From contig NC_087452.1 of assembly GCF_036321535.1 (NCBI RefSeq), positions 11,594,001-11,658,000 of the forward strand: a stretch of DNA of 64,000 bases, read 5' to 3'. The DNA is from Camelus dromedarius (Eukaryota). The first letter of the stretch is position 1. The number at the start of each line of letters is the position of its first letter. The notes below the pieces were generated by a model, which saw only the letters and a list, made by a program, of their open reading frames with translations, did no database searches and had not been told where the DNA came from. A program made the position numbers and the translations under genes. Positions 40,301 through 52,428 of this stretch are shown piece by piece.

Positions 40301-41389
40301 TTCTAAAGCTTTCTATCTTAACTACTATGCAATTCTGCCTTGTCTTAAATTACAAGTGTATACTTATGATGCATAAATGCAGTGAAAAAAATCTATTACC
40401 AAGGTATCATAATTCTTTAATAATTCAGTTAAACAGAGTCAAATATTGCTTTATAGTGATGAGATAGTTCAGTGTTCTCATTATAACACAAAAGGCCTGT
40501 GGCTCAGGCGTTGCAGCAATGGAGTGTCATTTCTGGACACTAAAAACAAATATATAATTATAGATATATTTTACATCTTTATTTATATACATAAAGAGAG
40601 AAATGAGTATTATGCCAATCTAGAGTAAAAATGAATAAAATGTGTAATATTAAAAATATAATACATGAATAATAATATGAAAATTCAAAATAAGGGTAAA
40701 TGCATAAATTAATATGGAAAGAGAAGACTAAGAACGGAATGATCCAGTGCATGTAATGAAAACATCGGGGTGTGGAGATGAGGAGAGGTCTACGGAGGAG
40801 GAACACAGATGTCGGGAAAGCACTGTCTGTGGAGGGTCTCGGATGAACTGCACTGAGTGAGTATTTACTAAACGCTGATGCTCTCTCTAAACTTGAATAC
40901 ATGAAAAAATGCAAGATGTCCTCCATACTTGAACAGGTCAATTACTCTGAAGTCAAAGTTCTTTGAATGCCAGAGAAAACACTATCCTCCCACCTCGGTT
41001 CACTAAGAATGGTCTCTTAAATCTTACAGAGTCTCAGAAGAGCCCATGGACTTGATTCATTCATAGCTTAGAGACTTACATTTTTATGCTGATTCAAAAA
41101 TGGTTACTTGCTTCATACTGCAAAGAAGACTAGAAGCAGAAAATCAGGAGTAGTATGGAGGCATAGTATGGAGCAGAGAGTTGGGTTAAGATAAGGATAT
41201 ATGGTAGAAGCCTGAGCAGAAAGCAGTGGAGTATTAAGACAGCACCATGCAATAATCAGTTTGCAATTGATTCATAAAGATGATCATATACTCAGCTGGG
41301 AAGATATAAAAGTGTGTAGTATACTTTAGAGATTTTTTTCTGATATAAAATAATTTTAAACAGTTCTGATACTTGAAAAGGGGATTCTT

Positions 41390-41872
41390 TTTTTAATCTG
41401 TATGTATGTAGTTATTGAAGTATAGTCAATTTACAATGCTGTGTCAATTTCTAGTGTACAGAACAATGCTTCAGTCATACATGAACATACATGTATTCTT
41501 TTTCATTATTGAATACAGTTCAATATGTACAAGCTATTGAATATAGTTCCCTGTGGTATACAGTACAAACTTGTTGTTCATTTATTTTATATATATATTA
41601 GTCAGTATCTGCAAATCTCAAACTCCCAATTTATCCCTTCCTACCCGCTTTGCCCCCTGGTAACCATAAGTTTGTTTTCTATGTCTGTGAGTCTCTTTTG
41701 GTTTTATAAACAAGTTTGTTTGTCTCCTTTTTTTTTTAGATTCCACATATAAGTGATATTATATGGCATTTTTCTTTCTCTTTCTGGCTTACTTAGAATG
41801 ACAACCTCCAGGTCCATCGATGTTGCTCCAAATGGCATTATTTTATTTTATTTTTTTATGGCTGAGTAGTAT
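41390..41872 (-). mobile_element. L1 3' end, artiodactyl-type (similar to 3474-3905)
   Basis: TTGAAGTATAGTCAATTTACAATG...TTGAATATAGTTCCCTGTGGTATACAG...AGATTCCACATATAAGTGATAT...TTTATGGCTGAGTAGTAT. Confidence 0.85.
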
Positions 41873-42419
41873 CCTAGCCCCTTCCCCTTGATGCTTTGTT
41901 AAAAAGGTACGATTACATTTGCATTTTCATTGTAACGCTAAAACTACAACTTGAGATTTCCTAAACAGTTAATGAAAACATATCTCTAAGAAGAACCCAA
42001 AAACTTGAAGTACAAATATTAATTCATCAAACATTGCTGAGTACCCCGTAGATGCCAAAATATGCAAGATTCTCAGAAACCAGGCAAAATTCAATCAAGC
42101 GGTTCCCACTGGAGAAGTAGGCAGGGTCGAATATAAAAAGAAGTATAAGAAAGGAAGATGGATGGTCCCGAGAAGAGGAAATTCTGGCTGGTGATACAAC
42201 TATGTCATGAAGCTATAAATAGGATAACTGAATCATTTGCCTTAAAGCCTGTGCTTGCTAGATAATGTCTGAGATTTCAAGAACATACAAACGGTATTTT
42301 TCTAAGAATAACTTTCATAGCAGGAGGATTAGAAGAGTAAATCACTACCCAATATGGGTGTATCCAACTAACGAGAGAATTGAGGACAAATATACATGTA
42401 AATGTGCATCAGACGTGTC

Positions 42420-42815
42420 CGTCACCAGGAGAGTGGATCAAGAGCTGGGATACTTTCATACAAGGGGATAACAGACAGCAATGAAAGGAGGGCACATGTA
42501 GTACATGAAACAACATGTATGAGTCTCAAAGATATTACGTGGAGCTAAACAAGCCGGATACAGAAAAGGGCATCCTTTTCTGATTCCATGTATATGAAAC
42601 TTAAGAACAGGAAAAACTAGTCTACAGTGACAGAAGTCAGAAGACCAATTGCCTGAGGGTAGAGAGGTATTGACTGGGAAGAGGTGAAAGAAAACTTTTC
42701 CCAGTTAATGAAAATAGTCTCTATCTTGATCTGGGTGATGGTTACATGAGCACGTACACTGAGCTACATACTGAAGACTGAAGTTTTTTACAGCGTGTAA
42801 ATTATATATAAACTG
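42420..42815 (+). mobile_element. Old L1 (L1ME/L1MC-type) 3' end
   Basis: ATTCCATGTATATGAAACTTAAGAACAGGAAAAACTAGTCTACAGTGACAGAAGTCAGAA...TCTTGATCTGGGTGATGGTTACATGAG. Confidence 0.7.
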
Positions 42816-43280
42816 AAAAGGAGAGAATATGCTTCAAGACGCAACCACCACAGAATCAAAGGAAAAGAGGCACAAAACAATGAAATTTACATGACATACA
42901 CAGGGTAAAGGAATTCAAAATTTTTTCCCAGTGACTTATTTCTCTATCCTAGAGGAAAGAGAGGGAAGATGGAGACAGTGAAGGAGAAGAAAGAAAAAAA
43001 GGAGAAAGAAAAGAATTAGTCCAGTGAATGACAGAACAGAACCCTGCAAAATTTCCAGTATGAAAAATAAACTTTCCTTTTGAACAGCTACTCCATATAC
43101 TAAACCAGGCAATCACCGAAGGCTGAAGCTTCTAAATCTTTATATCAACAGTTTACCTTCTCCTCAACAAATGCATTTCATTAGAATTTTATTAATTAGA
43201 TTTCAGACACTTCTGTGGGTTGTATTAAATAAGCAGCTCAGTCCTGAAGAAGCAAGTATGTGTCATGCATGCCAGTTTTC

Positions 43281-43282
43281 TT

Positions 43283-43320
<38 letters not shown>

Positions 43321-43348
43321 AACATTTATTTATATATATATAAACATT
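43281..43348. repeat. (TA)n microsatellite with a 20-bp direct repeat
   Basis: TTTATATATATATAAACATT occurs at 43307-43326 and 43329-43348. Confidence 0.9.
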
Positions 43349-44279
43349 TTTTACCAGTTTTCAAGTTGACTGAATAACCAATGAAAGGGAAGAGACTGAC
43401 TATATTAATGTCATCATTTTAAATGTAAAGTCCAGTTGAAATACAGACATTGTACTTGGTGGGCTGGTGCTTACTCTGAACAAACAAGATTACAAAAGCA
43501 AAGCAAAACTGTACAGTCTTGAGGAATAGTTCTGGCACTTTAATAATACCACATATTAGAAAAAATAACTTAGTTTTGCTTGTCCAAGATACCAGTCAGG
43601 CTGATGTACTACTAGCTTTTAAAGCAGAGGGAGCTAATTCACCCCTAAGCTTATTCACGTAAATAAGCTCCTGTAGTCTTTCATTTTTGGTATGTCACTA
43701 AAGGACATGTATTCTAAAGCAATAACATTGAATATATACCTGGAATCAATTTTCAGTGTTAATACATTCTTCAGAACCCTAGAGACTGGGTCCTGACTTT
43801 CCAGAGCAGTTTTATTTTGGCCACCAGCAATGAAATTGGCTACATGATATATGAGGTTATGAGACAGAATATGAAAATAGGAGAATAAAAAAGTTATCTT
43901 CAAATATCCTCTGAGAGGATAAAAATGGAAGATTACCATTTTACAACTGTCAAAAGAAAGGATTAATTTTAAATCATTTTCTATTTCCACTGTCTGGTGT
44001 GGTAAAGTTGGATGAATAAAAGGCCATTGTCTTTATTCATTAATTTCAAGAGATTGTTAGAAGATGGAAATCTTTTGGAATTATTATGCCTCTGTAACAA
44101 TCTTTATCTAAAAACTATGACTCAGAGAATACTCTGTTCTCTTCTAACTGTAAATGTTGTTAGAAGGATGAATTAGAGACTTGCTGTCAACATACGTTTT
44201 CAGTGTCTGCCCCACAAAGTTCCTTTGAGGGTCTTTTGTCTGCCTTCACTTGCCAAGATACCACTTTATCAAAAGAACT

Positions 44280-44380
44280 TGACTGCAATCATTTCTCAGG
44301 GTATACAAATATCAAATCATTATACTGTACACCTGAAACTAATAAAATATTATATGTTAATTATATGTCAATTTAAGGTA
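44280..44380 (+). mobile_element. Short L1 3' terminal fragment
   Basis: TATACAAATATCAAATCATTATACTGTACACCTGAAACTAATAAAATATTATATGTTAATTATATGTCAAT. Confidence 0.7.
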
Positions 44381-44791
44381 AATAACTTGATTTAAATCAG
44401 ATAAAGAGAAATGGTTCAATGTACTTCACTGATTTCTGAAGTTTCTCCTTGTAAGCCAACATGAGCTAGATTAATGACTGTAAATACAGGTACAAAATGA
44501 CTCAACTATGGTATAGCTAACTTTCCCAAACACTGAAATCTGTGTCAATGATCCAGTGGATTCCCTTCATGATGCAGTGATAGCTAGATACCAGTGAATC
44601 ATACCAGGGAACTGTTTTCTGCAGAAACAGTAAGTTCAGAGGTCAAGATAGCAAAAAGACAATGTCTCTATACAAATGCACATATATATACATTTAAAAA
44701 TAAGATGAAAATACTTTTGTAAATATTAAAAAATATAGAATATATATTAAAGTAAAAATTGCAAGCATATATACATAATATTACCAACATA

Positions 44792-45173
44792 CAGTTGACC
44801 CTTGAACAACACAAGTTTGAACTGCACGGGTCCAGTTACATGCCTATTTTATTTTCAATAAATACACTGAAAAAAATTTTGGAGATTTGCAACATTCAGA
44901 AAAAAGTTGCAGACAAACCGTGAAGCCCAGAAATACTGAAAAGATTAAGAAAAAGTTAGGCATGTCATAAATGCATAAACTAGGTGTAGATCTACATATA
45001 ACATACAAAATAGGCATTAAAAGTCAAGTGTTTATGTTATTAATAAGGCTTCCAGTCAACAGCAGGCTATCAGCAGTTAAGTTTTGGGGGAGTCAAAAGT
45101 TATATGCAGATTTTCAACTGCAGTTGGGTGGGTGTTGGTGCCCCGAAACTCCACACTGTTAGAAGGTCAACTG
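44792..45173 (+). mobile_element. Tigger2a/MER28-like non-autonomous Tc1/mariner element
   Basis: TIRs CAGTTGACCCTTGAACAAC ... CTGTTAGAAGGTCAACTG, flanked by TA and TG (mutated TA duplication). Confidence 0.85.
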
Positions 45174-48100
45174 TGTATCATACCTACAGATAATATAAGC
45201 GCATATTTCTTTGAAACAGAGACTAGGTATCATTCTACATGCTTGATTGTATCTTTGAAATTCATATTGAAATACAGCCTAACCATTCTTAGAGAAATGA
45301 AAGAAACTGCAATGGGATCTGAAAATAAATGTTGACTACAAAGTTATGGCTTCTGTAGTTATGAGCTGATTTCCTATATATATGAAACTATCCCATGCAC
45401 CTATTTTATAATAATATTAAAAAGATACCTGGAAATTTTCAGAACTTTTTAAAAAGGTGCAAATGTTTTATTAAAAAAACCTACAAGATGAGTATGCTTT
45501 AATTCTCTGGAATTCATAACATTTTACAAGACAATCCTAAAGCTCTAATTTTGTTCCCCTTAAATGCTGGGTGTGTAAACACAACTATGGTTCATCTTCC
45601 TTAAATGATACAGATGTGAAAGATACTCTCGTAAAATGCAGACCTCATCTGACTCATTAGCTGAAAAGGAGATACTATCATACAAAACCTACCAAATGTG
45701 TCCAAAGACAAATCGCAAAGTAAGCCTTGCAAATAAACTCCAAACTTAATATTTTGAAAGTTATGAGAACTTGGGTAAGTTATCAACAGGCATGTCCTCA
45801 GTTTCCCCATCTGTACAATGAGAAAACGGTTCTATAATGGAGTCTAATATACTTTCTATGTCAAACCATGACATATACTATTATCACATTCTATTCTGTG
45901 ATGAAGCTGTATTCACTTCCTAATAATGAACACATTTGTCCTACAAAAGAGTACTTATAACACATATGGATACGTCAGTATTGTTATTATCTCTCACTTT
46001 TCCACAGGGTCTTTCTGAAGGAAGACTTGGGATCTTCTGCCTTATCAATTTATTAAAATGAACCACTTGCCCAAATAAACACACTGAAGGCGCCCTTCAT
46101 CCACTCTATTTATTACATAAACCACGACTAAGTTTCCGAGAGTGGCTCTCGGCGTCATTCCATTAGCAAATTGCTGGCCTGACTCCCTAAATGAGAACTA
46201 TAAATTATACCTCTTACTACTATTTTTCCTAAAGTACATTTTCCTAATATTTAATTTATAAATCATTTCCCAGATGTATTAGTAATAAATGGTTGCAGGC
46301 GGCAGACAGGTTCCCAACAAGAGAGCATCATGCTTGCTGTTTACTGGGAGGCCTCATTAAAAAGGCATCAAGAGAAAGCAAAATAAAAACAACCTTGTGA
46401 ACCTTGGTAATTGGTCTCAAGGGATATGTAATTCTGAGGATATCAATACAGGATTGCCCCAGTACCACATCCCTCTTAGATTGTACAAAAAAATGCTCAT
46501 TTGCTGATAGAAAGTTTGTATGAGACAGTAGCTTACGGTCAGAATGAAAGCCAAGCAAAAATAACTGCTCCTTAATTTCAGATATTTTCTCCCTAAGGCA
46601 GTATTTTAATAGAATAACCAGTCTAATCCTCTTGAACTACCATGCTGCTCAGAAATGAAGTAATTGTAAACAAATACGTCACAACTGTTCATCATGTATG
46701 TAGAAGTACATGGATATGTTCATATATCATGTACATAATACACACACGTATTAAAGTGGCATGGTCACTGTTTCAGTTAACAATTCAGACGTATCACAAA
46801 TGGATTATTCTGTGGAGATTTATTAATCCTTTTATTTACCACTTTTTAAAATACTGGCTTTTCTTAAAGCAAGACATCCCCCTGTAAGGAGCGGGACAAC
46901 TTTTCAGCATTTGTTATCCATCAGACCTCAAACTTGACATTTTGACTCATTTTGATGATCAATTTCCACATATTGCACTATTTTCACCTTTTCATGACCC
47001 AGAGGAGGGTTATCATTCCCGGGCGATAAGTGAAGAAGTGAGTCAAGCAACACATGAAGTTAAGATTACCAAACCACAGACATAACACCCAAACTTCACT
47101 CCAGTGTTCTTTATGTTTGTTTTATGTTATGACTTCTCTATATTTTAAGGCATTCTTCCACATGGTGAGATAAATTGATGGCAATTATGTTATGGAAGTT
47201 ATCAGGTCTTGGTTGATCCGTAGATCAAGTGGTGTATAAAACGAATTTGTAAACAAAAAATAAAGAAAACCCTAAAAGTATGTCAAATCTCAGCATGATT
47301 CTTTAGATATATCTGGGTTTCTCATAAGTTACTCGACAACGGATTCATCTCAATGTTTTTTCATCTTTGTTTTGAGCTAAAAGTGACAAGTAAAAATAAC
47401 TTCTTTTTATTATGGACCCTCTCTCCAGATACAAACCTACCTGTTATGTTATAAGTCAAAGCTATTTATTATTGCCAGCATCAAATAAAAAACATAAACT
47501 AAATAAATTAACTAAGTATTTTAGATGCTTAATGTTTGTATCTGTTTTATGCAGAAAAAAAAAAAAATCTAATGTTAGATGTTGGAATCCAGAGCATCAG
47601 ATTCAATTTTCTTCTCATTCTTGGTCCACCTCCTGGCATAATCATGTACAGATATATTTGTCCATTCACAAGTAACTTATGGACTAATAATAATCTGGGT
47701 AGTAGTTTGAACATTTGATCTCAGGTATTGGCTGTATAAATAACACACATAAATTTATTGATCAGTTGACTAAATGTAAACTTATTCTTATATTTATAAA
47801 TTTCTGTCAGAAAAATCGTACATTTTTAAAATAAAATATACGTAAGATACAGAAAATAAAATTTACTAGTTATTCTACCCAGAAATCATCAGGCAGCATT
47901 TTCTTAGAATTCCTATGAGGTTTAATTTAATCATCCTCCTGCTATTGGACATTCAGGTAGTCATTCCAATATAATTAATAACATTGTGGTGAACATTTTC
48001 ACACATGATTTCTTGGCAGAATCTTTGGTTATTAAAGTTATTAAATAAGATTGACAGATTTCTATTCATTTGCTTTTTTTTTTTTAACACCATAAACAAA

Positions 48101-48189
48101 ATATTTACCTGACCAACTCATGCAAGGATACAAAATATTGTTTAAAGCAACAGAATTTGAGCTGAGGTTCAAGTAAAAAGCTGCACTGA

Positions 48190-48515
48190 ACAGAAACAAA
48201 AAGCAAAAGAACAAATATTATATGATTCCACTTATAAAATATCTAGACTAGGCTAATTCATAGAGACACCAAAAACAAAAACAAAACCAAACAGATCAGA
48301 GGTTACCAGGAGCTGGGATATCAGAAGGAATGGAAAGTGGTTGCTCAGTGATTACAGAGGTTCCCCCAAGAGATGAGGAAAAAAAGTGTGAAAACAGATC
48401 CCAGTGATGGCTGTACAACACTGGGAACATAACTGATGCTACTGAACTGCACACTTAAAAGTGGTTAACATGGCAGATTTTATGTTATATGTATTTTAAT
48501 ACACTTTTAAAAGTT
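48190..48515 (+). mobile_element. L1MB-type 3' end
   Basis: ATATGATTCCACTTATAAAATATCTAGACTAGGC...ACTGAACTGCACACTTAAAAGTGGTTAACATGGCAGATTTTATGTTATATGTATTT. Confidence 0.8.
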
Positions 48516-48949
48516 TCATTGATGTCAACATATAATAAGTAAAACCTATCTAATTCAATTTTAAACATAAATATGTAGCAATAATAGCAAGTTTTTGAGT
48601 ATGTACTATGTCAAAGGCTCTGATAAGTGCTTACCTATTGTATCGTATTTAAAACCCACAATAAGCCTATGAATACTAACAATAGGGAAACTGAAGCCTA
48701 ATGAACTCAGGTATTTTTGCATGGTCTTACCAGAATCAGGACTGATGGACTGATACCACATTGGCATAACTTAAAAGCCACTGCTTTTAATTATCATGTT
48801 GTCTAAATTACATTTCAAACACTTTGTTTGTTACAACCTCTGACTTGTTAGACCTATTTTCCATATAAGTAAAATGAAGCTCAATGAGGTTACAAGAATT
48901 AATCCAATATTACAAATCTACAAATAGTATACGGGAGAATCAGACTTAA

Positions 48950-49990
48950 AAAAACTATTTTAGACTTAAAAAAATGGCCAAACTGGTACAGAGAATTGCC
49001 ATATAATCTTCATCCATCTGCTCCAATGTTAATCCACATAACCACAGCCCCATGATCGAAACAAGAAACAATACAGATTGTACCAGTGTTTTCACTAATG
49101 CCTTTTTATTTTTCTATAATATGATATAATGTAGAATATTCGTAAACAATTTTGTAGAGTGTCCCTCCGTTTGGGTTTGTCTGGTCTTTCCTCATGATGA
49201 CATGATGGTTGTGTATTTTTCTCAAGAACAAAACAGAAGTAATGAGTGGACCCTTCTAAATGCATCATGCCAGAGGTCCATATAAACTGTATGTCTCATT
49301 ATTACTGATGTCAATCATGATCATGGTTCTTAATCATGAACAACTGGTTAAGGTAGTGTCTGCCAGGTACTGCCACTGTAAAGTCACAATGTTCCCCTCT
49401 TTAATTAATAACAACTTATGCAGAGATGTTCTTAAATAAGAAAAGCTTGTTTTCCCCCAAACTTTCATTTACTAGTTTTAGCATCCATCAGTGGTTCTTT
49501 CCTGCAACAATTACTCCGTGGTTTTCTACCATTTTCCATCTTCCTTATTCCTTGCATATTTACTGACTGGAACTCTTGCATAAAGATGAGCTGTGTCTTC
49601 TCTGCCATCAATCTATCTACCTAATCTATCTATCTATCTCAGTATGGGCTCATAATTATTTATTTTATCCTATGGGTTAAAACTCAGTTTTATAGTTATT
49701 TATTGGGGTGCTCTAATTTTCTAGCTTTAGTCATTGGGAGCCCTTTCATGTTGACACCTGTGTCCTTTGACATAACCCCATCTCTTTCAAGCACTCCCTT
49801 ACTTGCAGCAACAAAGATGCTCCAAGCTCATCTTGCACTTTCTCTGCCCCAGTCTTGGAATAAGCCACTTCTGCAAGGAGCCCTTAGACAGTGGTATTAA
49901 ATATCATTAAACAATGGTATTTAAATACCAAGACACAGGCTCTAGGTGTGCTCACTGCTACTGGACTGTTAATATTTCTAAGCACCCTCA
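48950..49990 (-). mobile_element. L1MC-type 3' region
   Basis: GTGTCCCTCCGTTTGGGTTTGTCTGGTCTTTCCTCATGAT...AGGTAGTGTCTGCCAGG...CAAGCTCATCTTGCACTTTCTCTGCCCCAGTCTTGGAATAAGCCACTTCTGCAAGGAGCCCT. Confidence 0.75.
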
Positions 49991-50488
49991 AACTCCCAAT
50001 AAACAAAGCTTGGAAATACATGTATTATTCTAATAAAGAGCCAGATATTTTATCCTGGGGATTTCACTCTCCTTAACAATATCCTCCCCTATCCTGAAGT
50101 TGGTTTCTAATTTGGGAGGATTCATAAATCAGGAAGGAATAAGGAAGTAATAATATCAATGATACGAATAGTTAAAACAGAAGAAGGGATAAAATAAAGG
50201 CCTGTTTATCTTTATTAAGCTAAGGACTAGCAAATGTTATTTACACAGAGAGGAACTCTAATATACTTGAAATTACAGGTCTCCTGCATCTGAGCAAAAC
50301 TCTCTAGCTCATGGCTTTTGTTTCCATATCTGTGAGATGGGGATGATTATCTCCATCTCTTACAGATAAGAAAATAACATGGCATTATAATAAATGTGAA
50401 GGTATTTTTATACTCTAAGATACATGATTTTGTGTGTATATTGCTGTCCAATATAAAAATGCTTAATACAAAAACAGTTACCAGGCTA

Positions 50489-51156
50489 TGATGTGCAGAA
50501 TTCTAAATACATCCCTCCGAGATTCCTATTTCTTGGTTATTCCATCAAACATGAATCTAGGTGCTGCTTTGAAGGTACTTTGCTGATGGAATTAAGGTTA
50601 TTTATCAGCTTACTTTAAAATAGGGGAGTTATTCTGGATAATCAGTGGAGCCAATGCCATCATATCTGTTCTCAAAAGCAGAAGGCGGCAACAGAAAAAT
50701 CCGTTGGAGGTACCTGAATAAGAAGGTGAGGACTGAGAAATGAGGATGAAGGGGAGGACAGAGAGAGATTTGAGAAGAACCTGACCCACCATCTCTGGCT
50801 TTGAAAACAGCAATGAGCCAGGTACGTAGGTGGATTCTAGAAACTCAGAATGACTTCACAACAAAAGCCAGCAAGAAAACGGGGCCTGGAACTCTACAGT
50901 CACATGGAGCTGAATCCTGCCAGTATCTTGAATGATCCCAGAAAAAGATTTTACCCTCAGCACCAGGAAAACAAGAAGAAAAAAACAAAAACAAAAAACT
51001 TGTTGATCCCTTGCTTTCAACCTTGTTAGACCCTCAGCAGAGATCCATGCTGTGCTCATACTTCTGAGACCTGAAAACTGCGAGCTAATAAATGGGGATT
51101 ATTTTAAGTTGCTAAATTTGTGATAATTTGTTAGAACAGCAATAAAAACAAATACA
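50489..51156 (+). mobile_element. MLT1 (MaLR) solo LTR, MLT1E/F-like
   Basis: GATGGAATTAAGGTT...GCCAGCAAGAAAACGGGG...GAGCTGAATCCTGCCA...AATAAATGGGGATTATTTTAAGTTGCTAAATTTGTGATAATTTGTT...AATACA. Confidence 0.8.
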
Positions 51157-51962
51157 CCAGGCTTCTGCAGAAGAAAAATGATTTAGAGAAATAAAACAAT
51201 TCTTTTCCTCACCTATGTCAACCACAGAGCTTCAAACATAATGATTACAGTTGATTGATTATAGGAATGAGAAAGATTTGATTCAAGGAAATTGAGAAAG
51301 TATTATATGAACAATGTGCACTTGGTGTTACAGAGTCCACTATATAATTCCAGTGTTTCAGTTTGAGAGTGATCTGAGTCACAAACCCACCTACACCAGT
51401 TTTCTAAAGAGCAACATGATGATAGGTAGAAAGAATTCAGCATTTGGACTTGAAATCTTCCATAATAGTTAATCCAGGCTGTGTTTAACCCAATCAGCAG
51501 CCAAGGAACCTCTAGCATTTCATCACTTTTCAACCTGAATTTCAAAAATCTTTGATATGGGTACATATTGTAGCTATTTTGGTTTAAGTGAGATAATGTA
51601 AATTAAATTCTCTGAAAATTAAAAATATATAAACTCTCATCAGATTGGGTACAATATTTAGTGACTCTCAGAAACTGACTAAAATAATTGCTGGTGGTCA
51701 GATTGGTCTAGAGTCTTGTCTTACTAAGACTCATTCACAATTACTGGCTATAGTACTTATCTCATGGTATATTATCTCTCATTGTAACTTCATGATTATA
51801 AGTTTAGTATATTAGGATGTGGGTTGTTGTTTGCAGTTAATAAAAAGAATAGGAGTGGAGGAATGGAAGGATACAGAATGACATTATGGTAACTCTAAAG
51901 TTTCCCATCAATAAAAAGGACACTAAGTAAATAAAGTAATTTCTAAAATTCCCCCTATTCCT

Positions 51963-52428
51963 TGTTATGAGTTGAATTTCTTCTCCCCTCCTCCCATCTC
52001 CCAAAATTCTTATCTTGAACTGCTAACTCCTAGTGCCTCAAGATATGACCTAAATGGAAAGAGGGGCATTGCAGATGCAATTAGTTGAGTTCGTACTAGA
52101 GTAGGATGGGCACCTAATCCAATTTGGATACACACATAGACACAGAGAAAGAGACAGAGACAGAGACAGAGAATTCCATGTGAAGATTAAAGCAAAACTC
52201 AGGGTGATGCTCTCACACACGACAGAACAGTAAAGATTAGCAACAAACTCCCAGCAGCTGGGAGAAGGGTCTGGGGCAGATTCTCCCCCACAGCTCTCAG
52301 AGGGAGCCAACCCTGCAGAAACCTTGATCTTGGACTTCTAGCCTCCAGGTCCATGAAACAACTATTACGGTTATTTAAGCCACCCGGTTGGTGACACTTG
52401 GTTATGGCAACCTGAACAAACTAATGCA
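51963..52428 (+). mobile_element. MLT1 (MaLR) solo LTR, MLT1A/B-like
   Basis: TGTTATGAGTTGAAT start; CAGCTCTCAGAGGGAGCCAACCCTGCAGAAACCTTGATCTTGGACTTCTAGCCTCCAG; TTTAAGCCACCC...AACTAATGCA end. Confidence 0.85.
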
